A stretch of 64,000 bases of DNA from Lytechinus pictus (lineage: Eukaryota): the NCBI RefSeq assembly GCF_037042905.1, contig NC_087249.1, positions 8,992,001 through 9,056,000 of the forward strand. The letters run 5' to 3'. Position 1 is the first letter of the stretch. Each line of letters starts with the position of its first letter. Positions 48,271 through 58,835 of this stretch are shown one piece after another. The notes below the pieces were generated by a model. It worked only from the letters and a program-made list of their open reading frames with translations. It had not been told where the DNA came from and searched no databases. The position numbers were made by a program, and so were the translations under genes.

Positions 48271-50000
48271 ATATGTGGACTTGACTGCAGGAAAATAAAA
48301 TATTCAGAAGAAATTGAACCGAAATCTGTTTATCCAAGTTGCAGTAAATGAACCGTTAATCATAGATTGTGATTGAATGTCACATATCAGGAAGATGAAG
48401 GCATGTAACCGTTCATGCAACTCCGGATCCTCAGGGGTTTCCATCCGTCTTATCCTTAACCCCTTCCCCCTCAATCCCCCTCCTAATTGTTGGATAATGA
48501 ATTAATTGAATGATTTCAGCCAATGGAGAAGGATTACGATCTGCTTAACCCCTACCTATCGCAAGGTATCAGGAATCGCCGCAGGGGAGGTGTAATATCT
48601 GCTCCCGTCGTCGTGGAGTGTGGGTTATAAACATGGCTGGGTACGAGGACAGATAGATAATTGATGGCCTGCGCTCATACAAGCGGCACAGTTCAATTAT
48701 AGGCTCTGTCTCCTTGGGCCACCGTTCACACCTACGATTTAACAACGTTTGGATGGCATAAATATGACTTTGAGCAACTTTGATGTGATTGAGAACTGAG
48801 ATAATTCTTTATCAAAGTAAAGGTAACCCTGGGACCTGTTCTCATCTCTAATTATAGCATTGTTTTGATGAACTGGACCTTGGGGCCTTGTGGTCTAATT
48901 AAAAATTATGGATACCTTTTTTAAATGACTGAAATTGAATGAATTTGAATTATTTAGGTTCATTTATTTTTCGAACGCTATTTTTTACTTAAGTTTATTT
49001 TCATGTATGATATGATGATTTCTGTTGTTCTGGTCATTAATGAAAAACAGTTATATGTTGATCTTTTTTACCTGAATAAATATGTTCTAATAAATAAATA
49101 AATGAATTTCATGTTTACCAGATTTGGAACCTCAACATACATATCCCTGTACAATTTTTGAATATTCTGATATTAAAGTTATGCATTATCCATGCCTTAT
49201 TTTCTTCTTTCAAGTAACATTCTAATGATATTAAATGATGAATGGGGCTTAGTACATGTAGGTCTCATGAAAGAAATGTGATCTGAAGTTCTGAACTATC
49301 AATGTTGCTTCTGTTGCATTTTTTAAAAGGATGAACTATGTAATAAAGACACACAGTTTACACTTTTACAGTGTAGGCCTATGCGTTTGTCTTGGTCGGC
49401 AAATTTTTTTAAAATTCTTGTTTGAAGAATGATTAGAACTTGATTCAATTGTCTGACAGGTTTATTCCTATTCTGCCTTTGATCATGCGTTGAAGAAATA
49501 TCGTAAGAATATTTAATGGAATGAGTCATTTTATAACTTTGCATAATAGATTTCTCTATCTATTGTCATATTTCAGAGAAATGGATGGGGTAGTATATGA
49601 AAGCTGTATCTCAAACGTAGTTAAGTTGGGAGTGTGAACATTAGCAATTACTGCATTTTTGGAGGGTACAGTCTTATGGGTCACGCTGTCCATGAATCAT
49701 CCCTCTTACCCTAGCCTTTGGCTGATTACCAGCAACTGACACCCTTGTGGAATGGCTAGGAAATGATAAAAGAAATCTCCATCTTTTTTTCCAAAGCCAC
49801 TTGCCTCAGGATGTAGTCTACAAAAGAAGTCAACTTTTAAGGAGAAAAAAAAGACTTGTTTGGTTGTATGGTTCAATATAAATGTGAGGGTTAAGAAAAT
49901 TGGGGAGGGGGGGGGGGGGTATTGCTCCATATGTTGCATATGCATTTATTGATTGCTAGATCCTGAATTTTGAAGAAGGTGATTTTGTTTGAGCAAAAGT

Positions 50001-50475
50001 AGGTGGTTTCAAACCGCCTCGATCACAAGAATCGCCGGTAAATTACAAGAACATTTTTAGGCTAAAAAATACCCATTAATTATTCTGCATTCACACCGCC
50101 CCGAAACATACTCTTCGGGATAAATTCCTGAAGTTAGGAGCATGCGCAGTATGGTCTAATAAGCAGGCAAGGCGCGAGATTCAAAACCACTAGCCCAGCA
50201 GCCACCCACGGCGCCCGCGCCCAACGACACGCTGGGCTAAAAGTTTCCGTAAATTGCTTTCACATTGCCAAAATACCTGCGACCTTGGAAAAATCCCCGC
50301 GAAAGTTCTCGTAATTTCGCCAAGTACCTACTATTTAGCGGGTATTTTCTTTCGGGGAAATTACGCGTAGTTTGCTTTCACATTACCAAAATACCTGGTA
50401 TTTTCTGATCGGGGTCAATTTCCCGATCAGAGAATACCTGGAACTGACGAACTTCGAGGCGGTCTGAAACCACCT
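50001..50475. mobile_element. MITE with 22-bp TIR (Harbinger-like architecture)
   Basis: AGGTGGTTTCAAACCGCCTCGA / TCGAGGCGGTCTGAAACCACCT (one mismatch). The subterminal hairpin CTGATCGGG..CCCGATCAG resembles that in 43729-44625. TSD ambiguous (TA or a degenerate 3-mer). Confidence 0.85.
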
Positions 50476-50567
50476 ATTGGTTCAGAGATGAATGAAATAT
50501 CCCAGATATAATAAATATTGAGTATCCTGCATATACCATTTGGAGATTTTTCATTATATACGATTAT

Positions 50568-50869
50568 GTGGAGCGTTGGGCCCTGTGGATTAGTCTCTGG
50601 ACTTAGGTTATAAACTGATGATGAGTTCGAATCCCAGCCATGGTGTAGTTTCCTTCAGCAAGAAATTGATTCACGTTGTGCTGCACTCGACCCAGGTGAG
50701 GTAAATGGGTACCTGGCAGGAATTGATTCCTTGAAATGCTTAATATGCTCTGTATTAAGACCTCAATGATAAAGCTGGGGTAGTGATATCCAAGTCATTT
50801 GGAAACGCTAGAGTTGTTATATTATGATGTGATATGATCTATATACAAGAACTGTTTATTGTTATTATT
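50568..50869 (+). mobile_element. tRNA-derived SINE (head H1, tail B, diverged)
   Basis: B-box GTTCGAATCCC, the core, and tail ATATCCAAGTCATTTGGAA...ACAAGAACTG. Confidence 0.85.
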
Positions 50870-51057
50870 TCAGACAAAAATCAGGTTTCTTACTGTAGAC
50901 CCTCAAACCAGTGTACACAAGTCAAAGTGTACATGTAGGTCTAAATATGAAATGTAACATTTTACCCTGTAAATTTGACAACAAATATTTACATTTGGGA
51001 AAGGCCTATTTCTCTTGGATAATGTCAAAGTTGGTATCAAGACAGTGTACAATTCTG

Positions 51058-51193
51058 GGTCCCGTTTCATAAAGACGTGTTATAATAACAAATGATCAGT
51101 TTCTATTACAAATTCACTATCAGCCAATCACGTCAAAGGATTTCAGTAGCTTTTAACAGTTTTAAGTATAACATTTTTTTATGAAACAGGGCC
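51058..51193. mobile_element. Short MITE with CTG TSD
   Basis: CTG|GGTCCCGTTTCATAAA ... TTTATGAAACAGGGCC|CTG. Confidence 0.85.
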
Positions 51194-52745
51194 CTGGCTA
51201 TAATACACATTCATTTATAGAGATATGTTGTACTTAATATTCATTCATTGTAATTCTACTTTAAAAAGAGTTTTGCCAAGTTAACTCAACTTAACGTGTC
51301 TGAATTTGGAGACTACAGCCGATGGCTATGCAAAAGAAAAATTTGTTCACTTTGATGGCCCTCTCTTGATCCATTCTTCAGCCCCAGTTGCTCTTTCCTG
51401 AGGATATTGGTAAATGACCGTTTTCCTGACTGGAGCCCCTGACAGCTCAGGATACAGAAAGGTACTTATGTGAATGGATAGCTTAGTTGCCATGGAAACA
51501 GGTAGCTTAATGAGGATTTCATCCAGTCATAGCAAAATGTTGATTTTTGGTAGGGAAAGGGCAAATCCGTCCTCCATTTTGTCCATTAGTAGATTTTGTT
51601 TCTAGATGAATGCGAAGTGATTAACCACAGGGGTGTCGTGCAAAGCTTCATCAAGTAATCCTAGAATTGCGATTGCTGCATGCAACTAAATGTGAAGGAC
51701 GTACGCATCCCCCTCCCTCCTCTTGTAGATACAATCCCTCTCTAGATCACTAATCCAAGGGATAGCCTGAAGATGGTCTGGGAGATGAAGAGGTCATCGC
51801 TAACAAAAGGGAATCTCTGCGGTATCAGATGTCAGCTAGTCATTTGGTTTTATTACTTATCCACCGTAACCCCCTTGTGGACGTGGCACTTAGCGCTGAT
51901 GGGTACAGATCATTTCGCGACCTTGCTCGGTGGCTGAGTCCATTGACAAGGAGGACAGGGGCATTACCCCAGATGCGGTTCAAGTGGTGGACCAGTTCAC
52001 ACTGATGGGAATTTCAGTAGGTGATCTTTTTGAAAGAATATTAGAATAATCATCAAAATAATGGTAAAAGGGCTGAAGTGACCGGTCAGCAGGGTGGGAG
52101 AAAGAAATTGGACAAAGGTGCTTGTTTTGAAGAGGTCATCTGAATTCATGTCAATCATTGCCAGTCGGTCAGCCATTGCGAATTATGCTTTAAAATAAAA
52201 AAGATAGAAAATAACATAACAATCAGGTAACATTTATTGGTGTGAGTCAATGTGCAGGTTTGAATAGCATGTTTACTCTTTTTGAAGTAAGGTTTTGAAA
52301 ATGATGCTGATTCATACCTAAATCATGATTATTAGGATTTTTTCATTCATGTCAAGGACCCTACTGGAAATAGGCTTTCAAGCTTTCTTGGGTTATCCGT
52401 TCAGACCTACTGGTTTTATTCTTTGATGTATAAAGTCCATTGATATCTGACTTGGCAAGTAAGCAAATAAAATCAATCAAAATGCTGCTGTGTCTGAAAT
52501 CCTTTGTTACATTGTATTAAAATAGCCATGTGACAACATTTTTTTGTTTGGTCTGAATGACGGGAGGCTCCTTCTAGATGTCGATGCCTGGATAATCTTC
52601 TCTTTGCTTAAAACAAGTGTAGGGTGACGATCCTGTTACTGAGTCAAGTTCACTGCCATCTGCTAGATTTTTGATCAGTGGCGAACCGTTGACCAGACGT
52701 GGTGGTTTGGGTGTGCTCTAGGCATCGTTTTGAGACCTTCATCTG

Positions 52746-52856
52746 AGGAGAGTTTTATGAGACTTGCTCTCATCAGTCAATCACATGCAAGGATTTCAGT
52801 AGCTTTTAACAGTTGTCAATGAAAAACAGTGACAAATTTCTTCATGAAACGCTCCC
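52746..52856. mobile_element. Short MITE, CCAAT-core family
   Basis: CTG flanks; core CAATCACATGCAAGGATTTCAGTAGCTTTTAACAGT shared with 51058 and 42754. Confidence 0.7.
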
Positions 52857-54015
52857 CTGGTCTTTTTCTCTGTTTAATATTTGGAGTCATAAAAAAACAG
52901 GCTGTGAAGTGAGAAACTACAGTATATCTTTAAAGTACGCAAAGTAGTTTGCTGCACTTCTAATTTGAATTGAATTAAATTTATTTCCACATTTATTTCT
53001 TCATTCTCATTAAAAACAATAATTTGTATATACAAAGCAAATCTGGAAACTACCGAGCCAAATAGGCCTATACTGGCATCACAGTGTACTTAATCAGGAA
53101 TCTCTTAACTAAACTGGGGAAAAATTGCGCCGGGAGGGGGGGGGGGGGTGATTAAGTACCCAAAATGCTCTAAAGTGTCCAGGAAACTGAAAGGAGAGCT
53201 GGAAATCCCCATTCATTGCAATGTTAAATCTTAATATAATATGTTGCAGATTTGTGCAGAAAGTTATGAAAAGTATTCCCCGAAATTTAATAAGTATTTT
53301 TTTTTTGCCTGCTGCGAAATACATTATAAAGAGGACTACTATTACACCCTTACCAGGTAAATAGTATGTACTATGAACCATACAATGATGGGGCTATTCA
53401 ATAATAATGATAATGACCTTTATATTTGTGTGTCAGAGGGATTGCTGTGTGGGTGAGCCTACTTTACATCTCGTTGAAAACGGGATTGTTTGCGTGGCAC
53501 CTGCACACACATAGCTTCATGTGATTTCGTTATGCTTTTGGAGTATCATCTGACTTGAAGAAGCCTTGTGGTTTCCATCTAAAACAGAAGAGAGAGAGAG
53601 AGAGAGAGAGAGGTAGTTGTTTTGTTACAGCACCCCACCTTTTTCACTAAATGTTTACAAAAATGTAAAAATGACCATCTGACTGTGTTTTTTTTTTTTC
53701 ATGGTCGCCCCCAACTTTTTCAAAATAGATAATCGTAAATATCAATCAATAAACATTTGTTATTTTACTTGCTTACAAATAAATAGTGTTGCGTGTTTTC
53801 ATGATGTTATGTCAGATATTGTAGGAGCTTGCATAGTGATAATCTCTTGATCTTATCCTATTTGCCATCACTGGTTAAAATGGGGAAAAATCTGGCATTA
53901 GTCCCATTATCAGTCTAGAGGATAACAGAAGTACATGTATACAATAGCACAATCAAAATAGCAGGATATGACAACCATCTTCACTTGGATCACATCCCGT
54001 TCGCACGATACTTAA

Positions 54016-54623
54016 AGGACAAGTCCACCCCAACAAATAGTTGATTTGAATAAAAAGAGAAAAATCAAATTAGCATAACACTGAAAATTTCATCAAAATC
54101 GGATGAAAAATAAGAAAGTTATGACATTTCTAAGTTTCGCTTGATTTCAGAAAATAGTTATATGCACATCCCGATCGGTATGCAAATGAGGGAGCTGATG
54201 ACATCACTCACTCACTATTTCTTTTGTGTTTTATTATATGAAATATGAAATATTCTAATTTTCTCCTCATTGTCCTGTGAAACAAAGTTTTATTTCTCCC
54301 TGAACATGTGGAATTACCCTTGTTCAACATTTTATGGTTCAGTCAGTTTTGTCCTTCTTGTCAAATTTGTAAAAATTGAAATTTGTATAATTCAAACAAT
54401 AAAAAACAAAAGAAATAGTGATTGAGGGACATCATTGATTCTCTCCTTTGCATGTACCTAAATTGTGCATATAACTATTTTTTTAAAAATAAGCGGAACT
54501 TTAAAATTTCATAACTTTCTTATTTTACAAAAACATCAGATTTTGATGAAATTTTCAGCATTATGTTTGTCTGATTTTTCTCTATTGATTCAAATCAACA
54601 TTTTTCTGGAGTGGACTTGACCT
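54016..54623 (+). mobile_element. Intact TTAA-flanked Kolobok-like MITE
   Basis: TTAA|AGGACAAGTCCACCCCA ... TGGAGTGGACTTGACCT|TTAA with long imperfect inverted arms. TTAA TSD with RR..YY termini fits Kolobok. Confidence 0.9.
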
Positions 54624-54759
54624 TTAAAGAAAAAAAAGAAGCAAATTTCATGTGATTTTTTAGAGTCGTGTATATTGTACAACTCCCTGAATATAATGGC
54701 AAATATGTTGAGTGTGACCTATAGAGCAAGAAAAAAAAATCAACATTACAAAATACAAC

Positions 54760-55033
54760 ATAGCTGGATTTATAAAGCGCTTTTTGTCTGAGAATACAAA
54801 GCGCTGCTATTATTACCCCAGCTTTAGCTGCGCTGCCCATTTAGGAGCTCGAGCATTTGATGAATTTTTTTCCTGCTGGGTACCCATTCACCTCACCTGG
54901 GTTGAGCCCAGCACAATGTGGGTGAATTTTAAATAGGAAATTTAAAAGGATAACACGCCATGGCTGGGAATCGAACCAACGTCCCTCAGATTGAAAGACG
55001 AGTGTCATGACCACTAGACCATGATGCCCCCAC
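54760..55033 (-). mobile_element. tRNA-derived SINE (head H2, tail D)
   Basis: Minus-strand head GGGGGCATCATGGTCTAGTGGTCATGAC...GGTTCGATTCCC, the core, and tail GCAGCGCTTTG...AAGCGCTTTATAAATCCAG. Confidence 0.85.
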
Positions 55034-56669
55034 AGGTAATAGATATTCAAAGAACTCAATAGCTGTGCCTATGGCAAATGAGGGTGATTTTAAGTTCATG
55101 TTGTGTTAAACTTACTGTTTGATGTTCTATTTTTTGTTCTCTATTTTATGCAGATCTTTCTTAAAACCAAACTAGAGTAGTTGCAGAGAGCATGGACATG
55201 AACTAAATTCTGACACAAATATGAAATGGAATAAGATAACTGAAAATTGAGTAAGCAGGAAATCACCTACACAGATAAGCACACGTGGGCACATGCATTT
55301 ATTATACTCCCAATAACAAATTATATTACTTATTTTGCTTCTTAGCAATTACTTTGGAAATAACTGGCATTGTTTACTTTTCACACAAATAATGGTGGTC
55401 CTTATTCTGTTCGAATTCAATTGTAATCATACAACAACAGTAGTTTATCTTTAAACCCCAAAAAAGCCCTTTTCCTCTCCTATATTTTTCTTGAAGGTGT
55501 TTTTTTTTTTTTGGGGGGGGGGGTGCTGCTTTTGTCCACAATAAAATTGTATGTCTTATTAGGTGTACTGACCTCATTTAATGGATCCCATTACCCGACT
55601 TTGTTGCATTTAAATGGCTCAAATCATCAATAGCGCTGGTCCTATTATTGCAATTATGTTCAAAGTTGTACAAGTGAGATCAAGAACTGTGGTCTATCGG
55701 GGACTTTTCTCATTGCTATATGTAACAGTCTATAATATTTCAGACCCTTCTTTTGAAATGGCATTACTAGTCTGTGATATCTCAGACTCAGTTTGCATTG
55801 ATGATACATATGCATGGGCCATGCAGAATGATATTCACTTTTTTCAGATTGATATTCACTTTTTCAAAAACATAATTGAATTGGTCTAAAGATATATGTC
55901 TCCCATTCAGTTGCGGAAGTATTGATTGACCGTTTTGTGATAGCTGTATATCTCGGATGATTTGACATGTAAGCAGTGCCACGAAAGTTCCTCTTACAAA
56001 TTCCCATGGTCTGTTCCAAGTTCTACATAACAATGCACGTTTTTTTTTTCATTTTTAAAGCGTTTTCCTGAAAGGAAAATGCGCCATCTCATGCTGTGTG
56101 GCTGTGGTTGTAAACGTGGCTCCCAATTTTGTTTACTTCGTCGAATTTGGTTGCCGCCCATTTTCTATTGTCATTTCGAATTATGCTTCGTTTATCATCA
56201 TATAGGAACAATAGTATGTGCAATAGTGCATGGATTGCTCGCAGAGAATAATAAGCTCAGGATGGGATATTCATATTTTTCTTTACACCCCACCCCTTTA
56301 ACTCTTCATCTCTCACCCTCTCTCTCTCCATCTCCATCTCTCTCTCTCACATCTATATTGTTATGGATTGGTGGCATTTTATTCTTTGGCTTTTCAAATT
56401 GTTTTTTTCAAAAGAGTTTTTCAAAAAGGCCTTGAGATAGATGAGATTGTGATTATGAACTACAGAACAAGTGCACTGACCCGTGTTGTAGGCACAGATT
56501 TATTTGTGCATTCATGGAGGTGTAGCCATAGAGAACGATCAGGTACCATTATTGCGGCTATTCTGTTGATGGATATGATGCCATTTGTGAAGTGTTGCAC
56601 TGGCAAAGGGCATTAGTGCCATGACTAGGTGACTCTGTATCTGTAACTGAGTCGTTGCGACTTTTCCAC

Positions 56670-57890
56670 ATGGAGTTGAACTTGATTTGCAACTGCGAGA
56701 CACTACCACCGAACATCTTCAAGAGCCGGGTGGTGCTTCGGAGAATGGATCTCGATCGACTGGAAGATGATCAGTTGGAAGTTAAACCCCTGCAAGATGA
56801 GACTGAGGTTGAAGAAAGAGTGAGGGAAGGCAATCACCTGGAAGATGATCGACTGGTAGATGGTCAAGAAGAAGATGATCGATTGGAAGTTAAACCCCTG
56901 CAAGATGAGACTGAGGATGAAGAAAGAGTGAGGGAAGATGATCAAGTGGAAGATGATCACCTGGAAGATAACCGCCTGGAAGAGGATCGCCTGGAAGATG
57001 ATTGCCTGGAAGATGATAATCTGGAAGATAATCGAGTGGAAGATGATCAAGAAGAAGATGATCCACTGGAAGGTAAACCAATGGAAGATGAGACTGATGA
57101 TGAAGAACTAATTTTTAAAGCATGTTGGGATAAATATCGACTTGAAGTTGATCGACCAGAAGATGAGACTGATGATGAAGATAGAGCTTCAAGATCATCT
57201 TTGGAGGATGATAGAATGGATGATGGTCATCTGGAAGATAATCGACTGGAAGATTATCAAGAAGAAGATGACCAACTGGAAGTTAAACCAGTGGAAGATG
57301 AGACTGATGATGAAGAAAGGTTTTCAAAATCATCTTTGGATGATGATAGACTAGGAGATGATCATCTGGAATTTAAGTCACTGGAAGATGAAACTGAAGA
57401 TGAAGAAACAGTTTGGGAGGATGATCATCTGGAAGAGGATCAATCGGAAGTTAAGCTACAGGAAGAAGAAACCGATGATGAAGGAGTTTTGGAAGATGAT
57501 CAACTTGAAGATGAAACTGATGATGAAGAAGGAGATTTGGAAGATGATCAATCGGAAGGTATGCCAGCGGAAGATGACTCTGATGATGAAGAAGAAGTTT
57601 TGGAAGATGACTCACTGGAAGACGATCAACTGGAAGATGGTCAATCGGAAGGTATGCCAGCGGAAGATGACTCTGATGATGAAGGAGTTTTGGAGGACGA
57701 TCCGCTGGAAGACAATCGACTGGAAGATGATCAAACAGAAGATTATTCACTGGAAGAAGAGACTGATGGTGAAGAAAGGATTTGGGGACACGATCGACCT
57801 GAAGATGTCCAACAGGAAGATGAACAACTGCAAGTAAAGCCACTGGTAGAAGAGTCTGATGAAGAAGTAAGAGTTTTAAAAGCATTTTAG
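56670..57890 (+). CDS. Putative hyper-acidic Asp/Glu-rich repeat protein (LEDDx pentapeptides with higher-order LEVKPxxDETxDEE units)
   Basis: 1.2-kb uninterrupted frame with ATGs at 56670 and 56745, built on a diverged 15-bp unit CTGGAAGATGATCAA. Roughly half the residues are D/E by eye. No recognisable domain. Confidence 0.6.
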   Translation: MELNLICNCETLPPNIFKSRVVLRRMDLDRLEDDQLEVKPLQDETEVEERVREGNHLEDDRLVDGQEEDDRLEVKPLQDETEDEERVREDDQVEDDHLEDNRLEEDRLEDDCLEDDNLEDNRVEDDQEEDDPLEGKPMEDETDDEELIFKACWDKYRLEVDRPEDETDDEDRASRSSLEDDRMDDGHLEDNRLEDYQEEDDQLEVKPVEDETDDEERFSKSSLDDDRLGDDHLEFKSLEDETEDEETVWEDDHLEEDQSEVKLQEEETDDEGVLEDDQLEDETDDEEGDLEDDQSEGMPAEDDSDDEEEVLEDDSLEDDQLEDGQSEGMPAEDDSDDEGVLEDDPLEDNRLEDDQTEDYSLEEETDGEERIWGHDRPEDVQQEDEQLQVKPLVEESDEEVRVLKAF

Positions 57891-58240
57891 GAACTCACCC
57901 CTACTATAGTTACATGTAATTGTTTGCTGCATGCGTGTCATTTTCAGTGTGTATTTAGCAGCCTACATATACAAGTGCAATGTGCACTCCATATGGATGT
58001 TTTAACTTGTTGATTGCAAATGGCGCTACCATATTTTCATGGGATTAATACCCTCTACAGCTTCTTGACCCTGTCTGCAGTTCCTTTCCTTGATCAATCC
58101 ATTGAACTGGTCTTGGTACATTTCTTTCCCGTTCAGTCATAATAGTAACTTTTACCAATCATGTCGATATGGAAGCACTTAAAGCATTGTGCAGTGACAG
58201 CAGGTCAAAGGTTCAGCGCCTGATTTTAAAAAGTGGACAC

Positions 58241-58835
58241 TTTACTGCCTGCTGTAGGCGGTTGCCGCAGGCATTACGTTTTTGGGTCATTCGTGCGTCC
58301 GTCCCATTTTCGTTCTCATGATAACTAAAAAACCTTTATATGGATTAACTTTGAACTTGGTCCAAGTGTTCATATAGAAGTGAGGATTATCTGATTACAT
58401 TTTTAGTATCAAGGTCAAATGTCAAAGGTCACAGAGGTCATTATGTACATAGAAATTTATTCTTGTGAAAACCAAATAACAATTTTAAGGATAAACTTCA
58501 AACTTGGCTTACATGTATGTACACGTCCTTATGTGAGAGATGATGTGATTAGATTTAGGGTCACATAGGGCATTATACAAAAAACATCTTAATTGTTTAA
58601 TTACTGAAGGGGTAAACTTGTGAGCCAAGATGATTGAATTAGATTTTGAGGTCACACGTTCATGACTCAAAGGTCATAGAGGTCTTTGCATTCATGAAAA
58701 TATCATGTTATTGTTTTTGCAATAATCAAATAAACATGGAGGGATGAATTTCAAACCTGGCTCATGTATGCATATGGAAATAGCAATCATGGCAAGGGCA
58801 GAAGGATGAATTTTGACTGAGTGTAGTAGTCGAGA
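58241..58835 (+). mobile_element. Degenerate HINE/DINE-1-like element (second family)
   Basis: 5' TTTACTGCCTGC...GCAGGCATTA hairpin, a GTCC-type microsatellite, and repeats containing GTCAAAGGTCA. Boundaries approximate. Confidence 0.55.

Noticed and set aside
56703..57885. Alternative-frame and antisense ORFs over the acidic repeat
   Set aside because: Shadows of the 15-bp periodicity; they are shorter and broken, whereas the D/E frame spans the whole array.
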